Assembly: GCF_009914755.1 (NCBI RefSeq)
Contig: NC_060931.1
Direction: 5' to 3' (one strand)
DNA: 64,000 nt
Source of the DNA: the human T2T-CHM13v2.0 reference genome, Homo sapiens
A program made the translations under genes and the position numbers. The notes beneath the pieces are model-generated. The model did not search any database. It had not been told where the DNA came from and was given only the letters and a program-made list of their open reading frames with translations. How positions within the stretch are numbered: the first letter of the stretch is position 1; every line of letters starts with the position of its first letter. Of this stretch, positions 33,741-60,045 are shown piece after piece.

Positions 33741-34170
33741 TGAGTTTCCTAGCATTGCTATAACAAAGTACCACAAGCTGGATAACTTAAAATAGTAGAA
33801 ATATATTCTCTCACAGTTTTGGAGGATAGAAGTCCAGAATCAAAATGTTGGCAGAGCTGTGCTCCCTTAGAAAGATGTTTTCTTGCTTCTTCTTAGCTTT
33901 TGCAAGCAATCCGTGGCATTTGTTGGCTTGTAGTTGTTATTACTCAAATTTCTGTCTCTGTCTTCTCTTGGCTTTCTCGTGTGTGTGTGTGTGTGTGTGT
34001 GTGTTTCCAAATCTCCCCTTCTTGTCAGGACATTAGCCTTTGAAGTTAGGGTACATCCTAATCCAGTATGACTTCATTTTAACGAATTACATGAGCAAAG
34101 ACCTTATTTCCAAATGAGATAACCTTATGAGGTCCCAGTTGGACATGAAATTTGTGGGGGGATAACCAGT
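33741..34170 (-). mobile_element. MLT1 (MaLR) LTR containing (GT)13 at 33979-34004
   Basis: GCTATAACAAAGTACCACAAGCTGG...CTCACAGTTTTGGAGG...AAGACCTTATTTCCAAAT. Confidence 0.8.
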
Positions 34171-34382
34171 ACATGAAAAATATAGCCCTTATCCCAAAAA
34201 TTAATCCCATTAAAATTAATGATCAAGTGGCTGTACTCTCCAGATGTGGCAGGTGCCAGCTGGTATGCCAAAGTTCTCAACACACCCAAGAGGTAAACAC
34301 ACACACCCATGCTTGAGCCCTGTTTCTTATTTATATTACTTGCTTTGCTCCTATAAGCATTTCAATTTGTTTACCATGCTAA

Positions 34383-34738
<356 letters not shown>

Positions 34739-34891
34739 CTCCTATTTAGACTTTTGTCAATATTTCATGACTCTCTTCCTGTTTTTGTAAGACCAGGACA
34801 TTAGATTTTCCCACTTTTTCCTCTATCTCTTCTCACAAATTTTCTATTTCCTTTCCATCTCACAAATTTTGTTAGCAACACCTCTAATTAT

Positions 34892-35309
34892 TGTTGTGGG
34901 TTGAATTGTGTCCCCTCAGAATTCATATGTTGATGTTCTAACTCCCACTACTTCAGAATCTGGCCTTATTTGGAAATAAGGTCCTTGTAGATGTAGTTAA
35001 AATGAGCCCCTAATGCAACATGAATGACATCCTTAAAAAGGGGGAGATTCGGAGACAATCGTACACAAGAGAGAAAGACATGTAAAGATGAAGGCAAAGA
35101 CTGAAGCAGCAAGAGCCAAGGAATGCCAAAGATTGCATTGAACTTGAGAGAGGCATGAACAGATTCTCCCTCACAGTCTTCAGACAGAACCAACCCTGAT
35201 GGCATCTTTGTCTCAGTCTTCTAGCCTCCAGAACTATGACACAAAAAATTTCTGTTGTTTAAGGCCCTTTTATGTTACTTTGTTTTAGCAGCCCTAGCAA
35301 ACTGATACA
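34892..35309 (+). mobile_element. MLT1B/C-like LTR
   Basis: TGTTGTGGGTTGAATTGTGTCCCC...GCAGCCCTAGCAAACTGATACA. Confidence 0.85.
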
Positions 35310-35351
35310 TCTATGTGTGTTCAATGTTATAACATCTATATTGTGTTGTGA

Positions 35352-36497
<1,146 letters not shown>

Positions 36498-36599
36498 CTA
36501 AACCATTTATTTTTAGCCACTGAAAGAAAGGAAATCAATAAGGTGTGTCTTTTGATTGTTGCGGCTTCCTTCCTAAAGGCAATTCCTGGCTATGGCACA

Positions 36600-39250
<2,651 letters not shown>

Positions 39251-39452
39251 AAAGAAGACAACATCAAGACTGATTTGTGCACAAAAGATGAGATTCTCAA
39301 TGACAAGTATCCCTTGAGAATACAGGTCAAGGACTGGCTTTTATGCTGGAAGCTTCCCACATATCAGAACGGAGAGATTTTCTCTGTTATTCCAACTCTT
39401 CCCTGGTATCCCTAGTTCTCTCTATGCAGTTCTTTTGAGAGGAATTCTCCTG

Positions 39453-39807
39453 CTCGTATAGACTAAGTATTTGTGTCCTTCTGAAATTTATATGTTGAAA
39501 CCTAATCCCCAGTGTGGTTGTGTCTGGCTTTTGGGAGGTGATTAGGTCATGAGAGTTGACCCCTCATGAATGGGATTAATGTTCTTATAAAAGAGACCCC
39601 AGAGACCTCTTTTGCCTCTTTTGCCATGTGAAGACACAATGAGAAGACAATGTCTATGAATGAATGCAGGCCCTCACCAGACACTGCATCTGCTGGTGTC
39701 TTGATCTTGGACTTTCCAGGCTCCAGAATTGTAAGAAATACATTTCTGTGGTTTATAAGCCATCCAGTCTATGGCATTTTGTCATAGCAGCCTGAATGAT
39801 TGAGACA
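39453..39807 (+). mobile_element. MLT1A-like LTR
   Basis: GGGAGGTGATTAGGTCATGAG...CTTGATCTTGGACTTTCCAG...ATAGCAGCCTGAATGATTGAGACA. Confidence 0.85.
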
Positions 39808-40294
39808 CCTGCCCTTTTCAACCTTCACCACCATCCACCCTGGCTGCAAACTATTCTGTGCTTCAGGGCTCAGGTCAGAGTCAGTCTGTTCCCTGTCCAC
39901 CTTTAAACCATTCTGTTTCGGCCTCACTTCTCCCTCTTTCTTTCTGTAATACTTTCAATATCCAAGTCCAGAACCTCTCTAAATTCCTGCAAATCCAAAG
40001 ATGTTAATTTGTTCTCAAGGTTTTTATTTATTGATATGCATTCACTGACTTAATCCTAACTAAAAAGCAGTATATTAGTTATCAGTTATCTACTGCAGTG
40101 TAACAAATGCTTCAGACTTTAGGGGCTTAAAAGAACAACAAAAAGGGGACAAGGACCATTGGAGGCTATCTGAGAGGCTGGCAAATACAGTCAGTAAATA
40201 CTTACTTGTGTGTCTATATTCATCTACTTCATTTTTATTCCGCAGCAAGTCTTTCATCTGCCGCTTGTGAAGAAAATACCAATCACAGATACTA

Positions 40295-40681
<387 letters not shown>

Positions 40682-40689
40682 CTATTTTA

Positions 40690-41480
40690 AATTAACAGAC
40701 TTTTAAAAGCAGTTTTAGTTTTAAAGAAAAATAAGTGGGAAGTGTTGCATTCCCATGTCCCCTCCCTACCCCACTCCCAGTTTCTCCTATAGCTATCTTG
40801 CATGAGTGTGCTGCATTTGGTACAATTGATGAGCCAATATTGATACACAGTTACTAACTAAAGCCCATAGTTTACATTAGGGGTCATTCTTTGTGTCTTA
40901 CATTCTATGGGTGTTGGCAGTGGTATGGTAACAGGTGTTCATCTTCATAGTATCATATAGAACAGTTTTGCTTCCTTAAACATATCTCTTTCTCTACCCA
41001 TCCATCCTTCCTTCCTTCCTCCCTGAACCTCTGCAATCTCTGATCTTTTTACTGCCTCCATGGTTTTGCCTTTTCCAGAATGTCATATCATTGGAATCAC
41101 ACAGTATGTAGACTTTTCAAACTGGCTTCTTTTACTTAGCAATATGCACATGAGGTTCCTCCATCTTCTTTTTTTCTCCTGTGTTTTTAGTAGAGACAGG
41201 GTTTCACCATGTTAGCCAGGCTGATCTTGACCTCCTGACCTCAAGTGATCCGCCCGCCTCATCCTCCCAAAGTGCTGAGATTATAGGCGTGAGCCACAGT
41301 GCCCTGCCCTCCATATCTTTTTGTGGCTTGATAACTCAATTCTTTTTATCACTGAATAATATTTCACTGCATGGATGTGCCACAGTTTATCACTTTTCTG
41401 AAGGACATCTTGGTTGCTTCCAAATGTCGGCACTTATGAATAAAGCTGCTATAAACATTTACATTCAAGGTTTTATGTGG
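40690..41480 (-). mobile_element. L1M 3' end with Alu fragment (41180-41310)
   Basis: TTTGCCTTTTCCAGAATGTCATAT...ATGAATAAAGCTGCTATAAACATT. Confidence 0.8.
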
Positions 41481-41933
41481 ATAAATACTTCTTTTTCATT
41501 CCTGGTTCTTCAGGTTTACACTGGGTATTTTTTTTTCTTATATGGTTCATTTCTTCCATACCTGAGAAAAACCCTTAATCTTGTTTTTAGAAGCCTGAAT
41601 TCTTATTAGATTCTCATCAAATATTGATTACAAGAAAGTTTCCTCAAAATTAATACAAACATTTAAACATTTGTTGAGTGATTCTCAAAGTCCCTTGAGT
41701 TTCTAGGCTCTTGGCCATTTCCACACAAAGATGAAATGGTGTGCTATAATTGAGATTGGAGCACTAAATAACTTTTCCATAATGCAACCCAAAGTATCTT
41801 AGCCTCTTTTCAGTTAATACTTTAAAGTCTATTTTGTAATTTCTCTATCTTTAACTGAACACTTCATTAAGTTAAATATAGACATTTATCACTATATCTG
41901 AATTACTGAGTGTTCCTTTTGATGACAGAATGA

Positions 41934-42295
<362 letters not shown>

Positions 42296-42944
42296 TTACT
42301 ACTTTTTGAGCCATTCTAGAAGCCCTGCATATATACACATGGCACCAAAACAAACTGCTTCTGTGTGGGGACACATATTTTGCTTTAGTTCTAGACAGCT
42401 GTAACTAACAGCTGTACCTTCTTAGCTGCACTAAGTCCAACCCTTCCTTCCTATGTAAGAGAATTCCCCACTGTCTTGATAATGCCCTTGTTCCCACTCT
42501 GGAGGCATTAGAGGACATATCCTGAGGCTCCCCACCTCCAGCAGCCTGTGCACGGGCATGTGATCTAGGCTTAGCCAATGATCGTTTTTCCAGAACGTTG
42601 ATTCTTGACCAAGTAACACAAAGACAAAGGAGAGATGACATTTAATTCACAGCAGTAGGGAGATTATCTCCAAGGGCACTGAGGATGAATCCTAAAAGTG
42701 TCCTACAATGAAGGTGGCTGTGTCCTTCCCAGGCTATTGCTAAAGTCTTGTAGCTTCTTGGCTGTCTGGAACCACCTGGGTCTCTATCCATTTTTCAAGC
42801 CTAGTATTATAGATTCCTGTCAGTTTGTTAGCCCTTGATAATACCCTTCCAATAAATTCATTTTTATCCTTAAGATTGTTTAGAGTAGCCATTTACTTTC
42901 CATAAAAGTATTTCATGGAAATACTTTGATAATTAAAATCAATC

Positions 42945-43560
42945 CATTCATTAATTCTCCTAATATTCATTAAACACCTACTGTATATTATGGTAGAACT
43001 TAAGAATATGATGGTGATTAAGTAGAATATGATGGTGACTAAGAATATGATGGTGAGTAATAGACACTATTTCTACTGTCTTGGAACCCACAGTCTATTG
43101 GAAGATACAGACAAGGAAGGACATGATTGAAATACAGGCATGATGGAGAAGGATGCTATTCACCAGAAACACAAAGAAGGAGCATTTATTCCAGCCTTAA
43201 TGATGATAGTGATGGGGGGTGTGTGTGTCAGATAAAGCTTCAAGTAATATCTAAATTAAGATTTGAAAATATATAAAAATGACACCTAGCTGTGAGGTAG
43301 GAGGTGGGAGTGAGAATTCCAAATAGAGGGAAAATGCCATGTGATGGCCCAGAGTTGAGAAATGCAGTACCTTTCAAAAATGAGAAAGAAGTTCTGTATT
43401 TCTGAAGTACAGAGTAAATATAGGCAGGTAGAGACTTGAATCTGGAGCGATAAGTGGGACTCAGATTATGCCAAGTATTGTGAGTCACATAAGTTTGTTA
43501 GCACTTTTTCCTATAAGCAGTTAGAAGCAATGAAGGCCTTCAAGCAGGAGCCTTAGTAGG
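42945..43560 (-). mobile_element. L2 fragment
   Basis: CATTCATT...AAACACCTACTGT...GAAGGCCTTCAAGCAGG. Confidence 0.6.
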
Positions 43561-43640
43561 CAGCTATCTGGTACCTGGGGGCCTGGGGAAATTGTGTAAG
43601 AAAAGATTTGAAATTCAGGAGTGGGAGCAAAAATCTCTGA

Positions 43641-47790
<4,150 letters not shown>

Positions 47791-47960
47791 AAGATTTTTA
47801 ATTTTTAAATCCCTTGAATTCCACTGGTAATTTTTAGCTATGCTCAGGACAATAAGAAGAAGGCCAGGAACAAAGAGAGGGAAAAGGAAAGATGAAAAGC
47901 ATCTGTGTGGTTACTGAGGACACCACAAAGGAAAAGAGCTGTAGATCAAGACTTTGACCC

Positions 47961-48313
47961 TGTATTAGTCTGTTTTCATGCTGCTGATAAAGACATGCCT
48001 GAGACTGGGAAGAAAAAAAGGTTTAATTGGACTTACAGTTCCACATGGCTGGGGAGGCCTCAGAATCACGGCAGGAGGCAAAAGACACTTCTTACATGGC
48101 GGTGGCAAGAGCAAATGAAGAAGAGGAGAAACAGAAATCTGTAATATACCCATTAGATCTTGTGAAACTTATTCACTATCAAGAGAATAGCATGGGAAAG
48201 ACTGGACCCCATGATTCAATTATCTCCCCCTGGGTACCTCCCATAACATGTGGGAATTCTGGGAGATAGAATTCAAGTTGATATTTGAATGGGGACACAG
48301 CAAAACTGTATCA
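47961..48313 (-). mobile_element. THE1A-like solo LTR (MaLR)
   Basis: TGTATTAGTC...AAAACTGTATCA; flanks GACCC/GACAC (5-bp TSD, one mismatch). Confidence 0.88.
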
Positions 48314-48496
48314 GACACTTTAAAAAAATAGTTTTATTTGTGTTTAGAATATGTTTTGAGATTAAAATTTGTTTCACATTATTGTTTATGTGGCTATAGG
48401 CAACTCAGTCTCTTTGATCTTTACTTTTCTCATCTGTTAAATGATAATAATATCATCTATTTTGTACTTCAGGTGATGATTATGAGAGAGAAACTA

Positions 48497-50520
<2,024 letters not shown>

Positions 50521-50593
50521 AATTCTTAAATGCTGATTTTTATCCTTTTTTTGTAATGTTCTGTAAACAAAATAAGACTTATATTGCCAGTTA

Positions 50594-50910
<317 letters not shown>

Positions 50911-51114
50911 AAAAAGTTCTGGTAGAAAAGATTTCCTGTGACCTATATCGTCATCAGCATTATATTTTAAGATGCTAATGATTCTACTTATGAGAAATTT
51001 TAACAAAACACAGATGAATTGTTCATGTTTGTTTCTCTCAAATTTGTTCATGTAATTAGTAACTTGAAATACTCTTGTTATCTAGTTGAACTTCCAAATA
51101 TTCATGAATATTTA

Positions 51115-51523
<409 letters not shown>

Positions 51524-51980
51524 TTAGGACAACATGAAAAATAAGTTTAATGCTAGTACCATCCCTGATCTATTGGTAATGGATGACTGCATCACCGTGT
51601 CTGAGGGATTCTGAGGCTACATTTAGGGTGAGCAGGAAGGAGTGCTGCCATTAATTAATGATACCTACCATGGAATGGAATGAGGACATGGGGTCACATG
51701 GTAATATTTAGCAACTTAATTTGGCTGTAATATAATTGAAAATAGCAGTGGCTTAAACAAATTATTCCTTTTTTAGTCTAGGGTTGGTTTGAAGGATCCA
51801 TAATGCCCCCGAGGAGTCACGTCTTTCTATCTTCCTTTCACTTCACCATCCTTAGCCTGTGCTTATTCCTTTGTTGTCATGGGACAGCTGCTCAAACTCC
51901 AGTATTGCATTTGAGTTCCAGATGTAGAGAAAAGTAAGAAGTAAGAGTGAGGGGCAGAAGGTACAGGTCAGCGAAACTGA

Positions 51981-52289
<309 letters not shown>

Positions 52290-52650
52290 CTGACCTTCCA
52301 TTTTTTAAGAATCATTTCCATAAGCTTCGCCCAACAACTTCCACTTCACTTCATTGGCAGGAGCCAATGATCACGTCTTATCTGCAAGGAATACTGGGAG
52401 ATGTAGTTTTTAGCTAGGCACATTTACCCCCATCAAACCCAGGATACTGTTACTTAGGTAATCAAGGGAAAATCCATTTAGGAAGACAGCTAGAAGTTTA
52501 CTCCACCATTACTGTTTTATAAATACGTATCCCTCAGCTTTACTGAACCAGCAAGAATTCCCACTCCCCAGCACATAGAAGCAATATTGCACTTCTGAAA
52601 AAAAAGTGCTAACACTGTGGGCCTCTGAACTGCATAAAAGATGAGTCTGG

Positions 52651-52965
<315 letters not shown>

Positions 52966-53969
52966 CACGAACTCCCCACCCCCCCACACACAAGCAGTAA
53001 TAAACAAAAATATAGTCGTAAATGGGAATTTCAAATCTCTTTAATATTCAGGCAAGCAGACAGGCTTATAGAAACAGACGGCTTCTAATTCAAAGGTCCT
53101 TCCCATTTTTTGGAGTTTGAATCCTATTAGTTATTAGTGTTTCCAACCACGTGGGCAGGTATCTTGAGCTCAAAATGTTCATTCAACCTCCCCCACCAAA
53201 GGTAGAATCTTTGAGGAAACGTGGGTGGTAGAACCACAGTAAAAATATTTTAGTACATGTTTTTTGTTTGCACCCTGGATTGGGAACTATCCATTTACTT
53301 TTTTTCCCTTCTTCTCCATTTAATACACTTACACATGGGAATTATCCATTTACTATGGATCAAGTTTTCTTTGAAAATATATGATAGAAGATGACATTCT
53401 CAAGTGGAACTGGTTGTACACGAGGGGAGCTGCAAGCTAAACCTCTTATTTGCTCTCTTTGTTCTGTTATTCCAGTCTATCTAACGTAGGACGATGGAAC
53501 AAGTTGATCCTACATGTTTCTGAAAAAGCCACTTGCTAAACAGTCTTTGGTAGGAGGCTGGCTACAGGACCTTCACTCAACAATACTGTCAACCAGAAAT
53601 TTGTTTTAGGAACCCTGCCCCCTATTTTTCTATTCAGTTTCCCAATGCCCATCCCATGGTGTTGCCCACCCAGGCCTGCCCTCCTGGGAAATGCTCTGAC
53701 TTTAAGATTACCTATTCCTTTGCCTCCTCCTTTATCCTTCAGCAAACCAACATCCTTTGTACTCGGTCAGTGAAGTCTGATCTTAGCTTAAATCAGGCCA
53801 GTCTGTGATACTGTGATGTCAAACTGATTAAAATAATTTACACTAAGGTATTAACGATGGATAGATACCAAGTGTTTAAGAACTAAACCAACTGATGATC
53901 TGAACAAATGAATTTTCAAAGGGGTTACTACATTTAGTCATTGAACAGACGGCTTAGCTTTTTCTTTTA

Positions 53970-54120
53970 TTAGAGGCAGGGCCTCGCCCTGCTGATTGGC
54001 CAGGCTGGGGTGCTGTGGCACGGTCATGGCTCACTCCAGCCTCGAACTCTTGAGCTCCAGAGATCCTCCTGCCTCAGCCTCCGGAGTAGCTGGGACTACA
54101 GGCGTGTGCCACTGCACAGG
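53970..54120 (-). mobile_element. Alu monomer (FRAM/FLAM-like)
   Basis: Single diverged monomer. Confidence 0.75.
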
Positions 54121-54507
54121 GTTAGCTTGCGTTTCCAACCATTCTAAAAGCCAATAAGCCATTTACATTTTAATCTAATTATCCCGAGTGCTTAGTCTGT
54201 AACTGAAGGGCAATTCTAAGGCAAGAAATGAGATGTGAGGTCACTATATGGCTATGTTTGGCAACCCCAAAGGTTTAGATATGAAGGTGAAAGTGGGTGA
54301 AGTACTAAGAGGGCAGTCCTCATTCGCACAAGATGTTTTTATTTCAAGCCTCCTGAGAATTTGGAATTTTCAGTAGTTCCTTTTAACATTCCACTTATTT
54401 CCTGTATTGATTTAAAGCTTTAAAAATTTTTATTTTAAAGTAAATAGTGTTACCGAAGCTTGAGCTGTGATTCCCAAGTGTGTTTTTTAGGATAAGAAGG
54501 GGCCTCG

Positions 54508-54595
54508 CGGAAGTTGCGGTGAGCCGAGATCGCACCATTGCACTCCAGCCTGGGCAACGAGAGCGAAACTCAGTCTCAAAAAAAAAAAAAAAAAA
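54508..54595 (+). mobile_element. 5'-truncated Alu (3' ~70 nt plus poly-A)
   Basis: Flanked by TSD GGGGCCTCG (54499-54507 / 54597-54605). Confidence 0.85.
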
Positions 54596-55357
54596 TGGGG
54601 CCTCGAACTTTGGCGTACGTGAGACAAGTTAAACCAACGCCATCTCCACCCTGTTTTGCGGGGTGTTTTCTCTCCTTTCGCAGCTGTTCCACTCCCAGGG
54701 CTTGACTGAAGGTACACGGGGGGTAACTGCCTACTCCAGAAGGCCACCAACAGCATTATTTCCCTCGCAGTCTCCAGAAACACTTGTTCTCACTGTGACC
54801 TTTCGCTCAACAGGCAGGCAGTGCGGCGTCTGCAGAGCCGGAACCGGCACTGCGCGCTGGACGCAAGCAACAAGCACGACAGGCGCGCCACCACGGGCAG
54901 AGTCTCAAGCAACAGCAGTGGGCGGCACACGAATCCTCTCCTTTCTTTAACCCTTCTTCACACGGAGTCCCACCCTCGCCGGAAGCCGAGCGGTTTCTAC
55001 ATCATGCCACTTCCGGTGCGGCCTGCCGGCCCCTGGCGGGAGCGAGCACGCCAGTGCGCGGCAACTTTGTTCCCGCCTCTCTTGCCCCGGCCACCTCTCA
55101 TCTTCGGCTTTCTCTGAGCGTGAATTGCGGGCGCGCTCCCGGTCGTACGTCAGGGCTGAGGGGAAAAGCCGAAAGAGCGAGGCGAGAAGGAGGGGTTGTG
55201 GAGGTTAGGGCCCAACCAGCAAGTCCCGTTGCTCTCCCTCCTCCTGACGAGGAGCGGAGAGGGAAGGGGAGGAGCGAGCCGGGGCAGGCCGCGCACACCA
55301 GGAGCCTCCTCGTGGAGGGGGGGAGCGGAGGAAAGGGGTAGCTCCGCCACCTCTGCT

Positions 55358-55375
55358 GGCGGCGGCGGCGGCGGC
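55358..55375 (+). repeat. (GGC)6 in promoter island
   Basis: Direct reading. Confidence 0.9.
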
Positions 55376-55755
55376 GAAAGAAGAAGAAAGTCAGGGCCCG
55401 TACCTACCGCCACAGACTCAGAAACGCCCCTGCCCCCATCTCCCCGGAAATAGCCCCCCGCCCAGCCCCGCACAGTCGCTGCCCCAACCGAGAGCCGCAG
55501 CCCGGTCGCCCCCGCCTCGCCCCGCCCCGCTGCCCAGCCCCGCGGGCCGCAGAGTGCGCGAGGCCCTAGGCCGGGAGTTGTTGTCAGGCCCAGGCCACTT
55601 CCGAGGCGCCTGCGGTGTGTCGCCGCCACCACAGGAGGACGACGTCGACGCCGAGGAGGAGGCGGTGGAGGCGTGTTGTTGTCTCGCCCACTCCCCTCCC
55701 CTGAACTTGCACCCAACGTCAGGGCGCGATGGAGTGAAGCGGCGACGAAGGTGGT

Positions 55756-57358
<1,603 letters not shown>

Positions 57359-59934
57359 TCTGCCGTTCTGCCTGTGTGTGCCTTGGCTGCGCTGGCCAGA
57401 TCCCCAGGAGGAAGGGAAAGTGGTGCCCGGGTCCTCAGAACGACTCAGGTCCACCACCGAGACGAGACAACACCGCCTGAGCCTCCCAGGAAGGATAGGC
57501 GTTTTCGCGCGCGTGACACTTTTTTAGGGGGTCGAAGGGACAAAGCAACTGGGCGAAGGGAACTTTTCTCCTAGCTGTGGCAGGGAAGATTTCTAAGGAA
57601 GAATTAAAAGTTTCAGACTTGTTGCATTAATGTGTTAACAGGTTTCTCTCAGTTGCTCTTTGCTTTTCTGGTACAATTTGGGTAAACCTAGAGGTGGTTT
57701 AAGTCTTAATTTTGAAAGTTCTGTGAAGAGGTTTCATTGTTGGGAATTTAGGAATGGACTGCAACTTAAGATCTAGTATTGTACAGGGGAATAAGAATCA
57801 GGTACTGATGTCAGAGTTAGATGTGGATTGCAGATGTTTCTTATGATTATTACAGAAATGGGAGAAGCAGCCTTTCTGTAAAGTTTATTCTTTTAGTATG
57901 TTAAAAAAGCTTAGGTGGAAGCCGATAGTTCTGAATACTGAAGTTAAAAAAGGTATCTATTTAGTGATATTCTTGTGTGGGATAGTTTTTACCTGATCTT
58001 TCAAAGTCATAATTATAGAAGGTAGAAAAAATGACAAGACTGTGGTTTCTTTGTTGGTTTGTGATGACACCCAGTTGCTAATAACATTATAAATCTGGGT
58101 GGTGTAACCTAGTGTAACCAAGTGAATGGCTGAGTACATTCTTATACTATTATAAGCCTGTAACTGCTTACTTTAAAAGCTAAGTAGACTTTTTCTTAGA
58201 TATATACCCGAAGGATAAAAACACAATATAACTAGACCTTTAAATATCAGGATCTTTGTCCAGAAATCTTTAAAAGGTGTAATTTAATTTAATGAAATTG
58301 GAGTAAAACTTTTCTGTAGCTTTCTTGCCTTGTTATATAATATTCTTTTTAAAAAGTGTGCCTTAAAATATACTTATCCACTAAGCAAAGTGCATTAAAA
58401 ACAACTTTCGAGTATTTTATGGGTTCTTATATTCCTTGAGATGTTTGGACATTCCAGACCTTATAGTGTAGAGTATTGCAAAATGACATTTGTATCAGTT
58501 TTTCCTCCTGGGTTTCAGTAATGGCAAGTGGATGTACAGTACCTCTAAGTATGGGTTATGTGGAATCTCAACATAATACGAATATGCATCTGCAAAATTA
58601 GCAGACCTTTTTGAAGTATCACCATAATAAATGTAAAGGTGTGATGTTTATAGAGATCTGAGCGTGAGTTTGTCTTTAAGCCAAAAAAGTTCTATAAATT
58701 GCTTCACTCTTAAAGAGTGTTGAAGCATACTTAAAATGTTAGTTGATACCTTAGCGAAGAATTGAAAAACTCATTCATCAAAATTAGCCATTGTATCTTG
58801 TAAGACTTTGTATGTTACTTTTAACTATAATACTTTGCCAAAGGGTTTGCAGTTTTTGCAGTTGAATTTGTTTTGCAAACTGGTTGGTTGAAGTTTCAGC
58901 ACTTGAACAATTTAAAGTGCTTGATGCAATTTTAAGAATGGATTTTGTACTTATCAGGTTTTTTAGTTGCTGGATACTTCAGCGAGATCCTTTATTGTAT
59001 AATAGTGGTATGTATTTTTTATATACATATATGAAATATATAATCGTGGTATGTATGACTAGGACTATTCATATTTAGCAAGTATTTTTTGACCCTGTAT
59101 TGTATGCCATATACTGTTTTAGGTATTGGGATGTAGCAGGAAAGAAAAAGTTACTTGCGCTCATAGAGCTTGCATTCTGGAGGACCGTTCAACACATAAT
59201 CTTTTCATGGTGTTTACATTGACCACCAGTATTTCTAAAGAGTTGAATTTGGAAGGAACTTTAGGGTGTCTTGGCTAACATTCCTGACAGATGGCCATTT
59301 GGTATGTGCCTGAAATACATCTAGAGGTGGGAAGCACGTTAGTTAGAGGCAACCTGTTCACTAGATTTGGGACTTGAGTGTTTTAGCAAGATCCTTGAAG
59401 ACTCAGTTTCCTAAACTGTAACAGGGAAACACTTGTTTTTCTGGATTATTTCAAGGATTAAGTGAAAATTTATCTTTTTAAAGCATGCAGCCTTACAGAA
59501 ATATTTAAGGTCGTTGAATTATTCAATATCCCAAATTGTTAGAATTCTTCATATTGTGACCAAAATCCACCTTCGAACCATTGCTCCAAGTTTAACCCTT
59601 TGGAATGGTACAGAGCACACGTGTATGCTAACCCTTTAAAATATAAAGACAGTTGTCATGATTTCTGAGTCTTCTAGACTAAAAAACTCATACGGTTTTC
59701 AGATTTTTCACATTATATCTAGTTTGTCAAATGTCCAGCTTAAAACATAGGGCCTAGAATTAATAGCTAAAATAGTTGATTGGAAAAATCTAAAGATTTT
59801 AAAATATAATAAGTGTATTGTTACTTTTTAGGAACGGTTAATTGAACTCACTTGTACAGATTAATGGAAAAGTTTTATTTATTTTCAGAATTTATTACTT
59901 GTGGTAAGTGGCCCATGTTCTTTAATGAATGGAC

Positions 59935-60045
59935 TGCTGTGAGTTCCATGAAGGCAACTGGGCTGTCTTATCCATCATTGTATTTCTAGTGCTCAGCACT
60001 GTATCTGGCACAAGTACACTCTTAATAAATGTTGAATAGGTGTAA
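59935..60045 (+). mobile_element. L2 3' end
   Basis: TGTGAGTTCCATGAAGGCA...TATCTGGCACAAGTACACTCTTAATAAATGTTGAAT. Confidence 0.7.

Larger units (their letters stand above)
53000..55300 (-). ncRNA. Possible divergent (upstream antisense) transcript from the CDK13 CpG island; boundaries not determinable
   Basis: Island extends ~1 kb upstream with its own ETS pair (54979, 55009); minus-strand AATAAA at 54338, 54429, 53966; I recall an annotated CDK13 divergent lncRNA but cannot map it from sequence. Confidence 0.35.

Noticed and set aside
43003-43056. CRISPR-like repeat array
   Set aside because: Eukaryotic context, 3-6-nt spacers, only three copies; simple tandem slippage
53800-53910. C/D-box-like TGATGA and CTGA motifs
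   Set aside because: Boxes are adjacent rather than ~70 nt apart, with no terminal stem or host intron
55343-55362. CTCF-like site (minus strand CCAGCAGAGGTGGCG)
   Set aside because: Spacing departs from the core consensus; cannot be supported without a PWM scan or ChIP data
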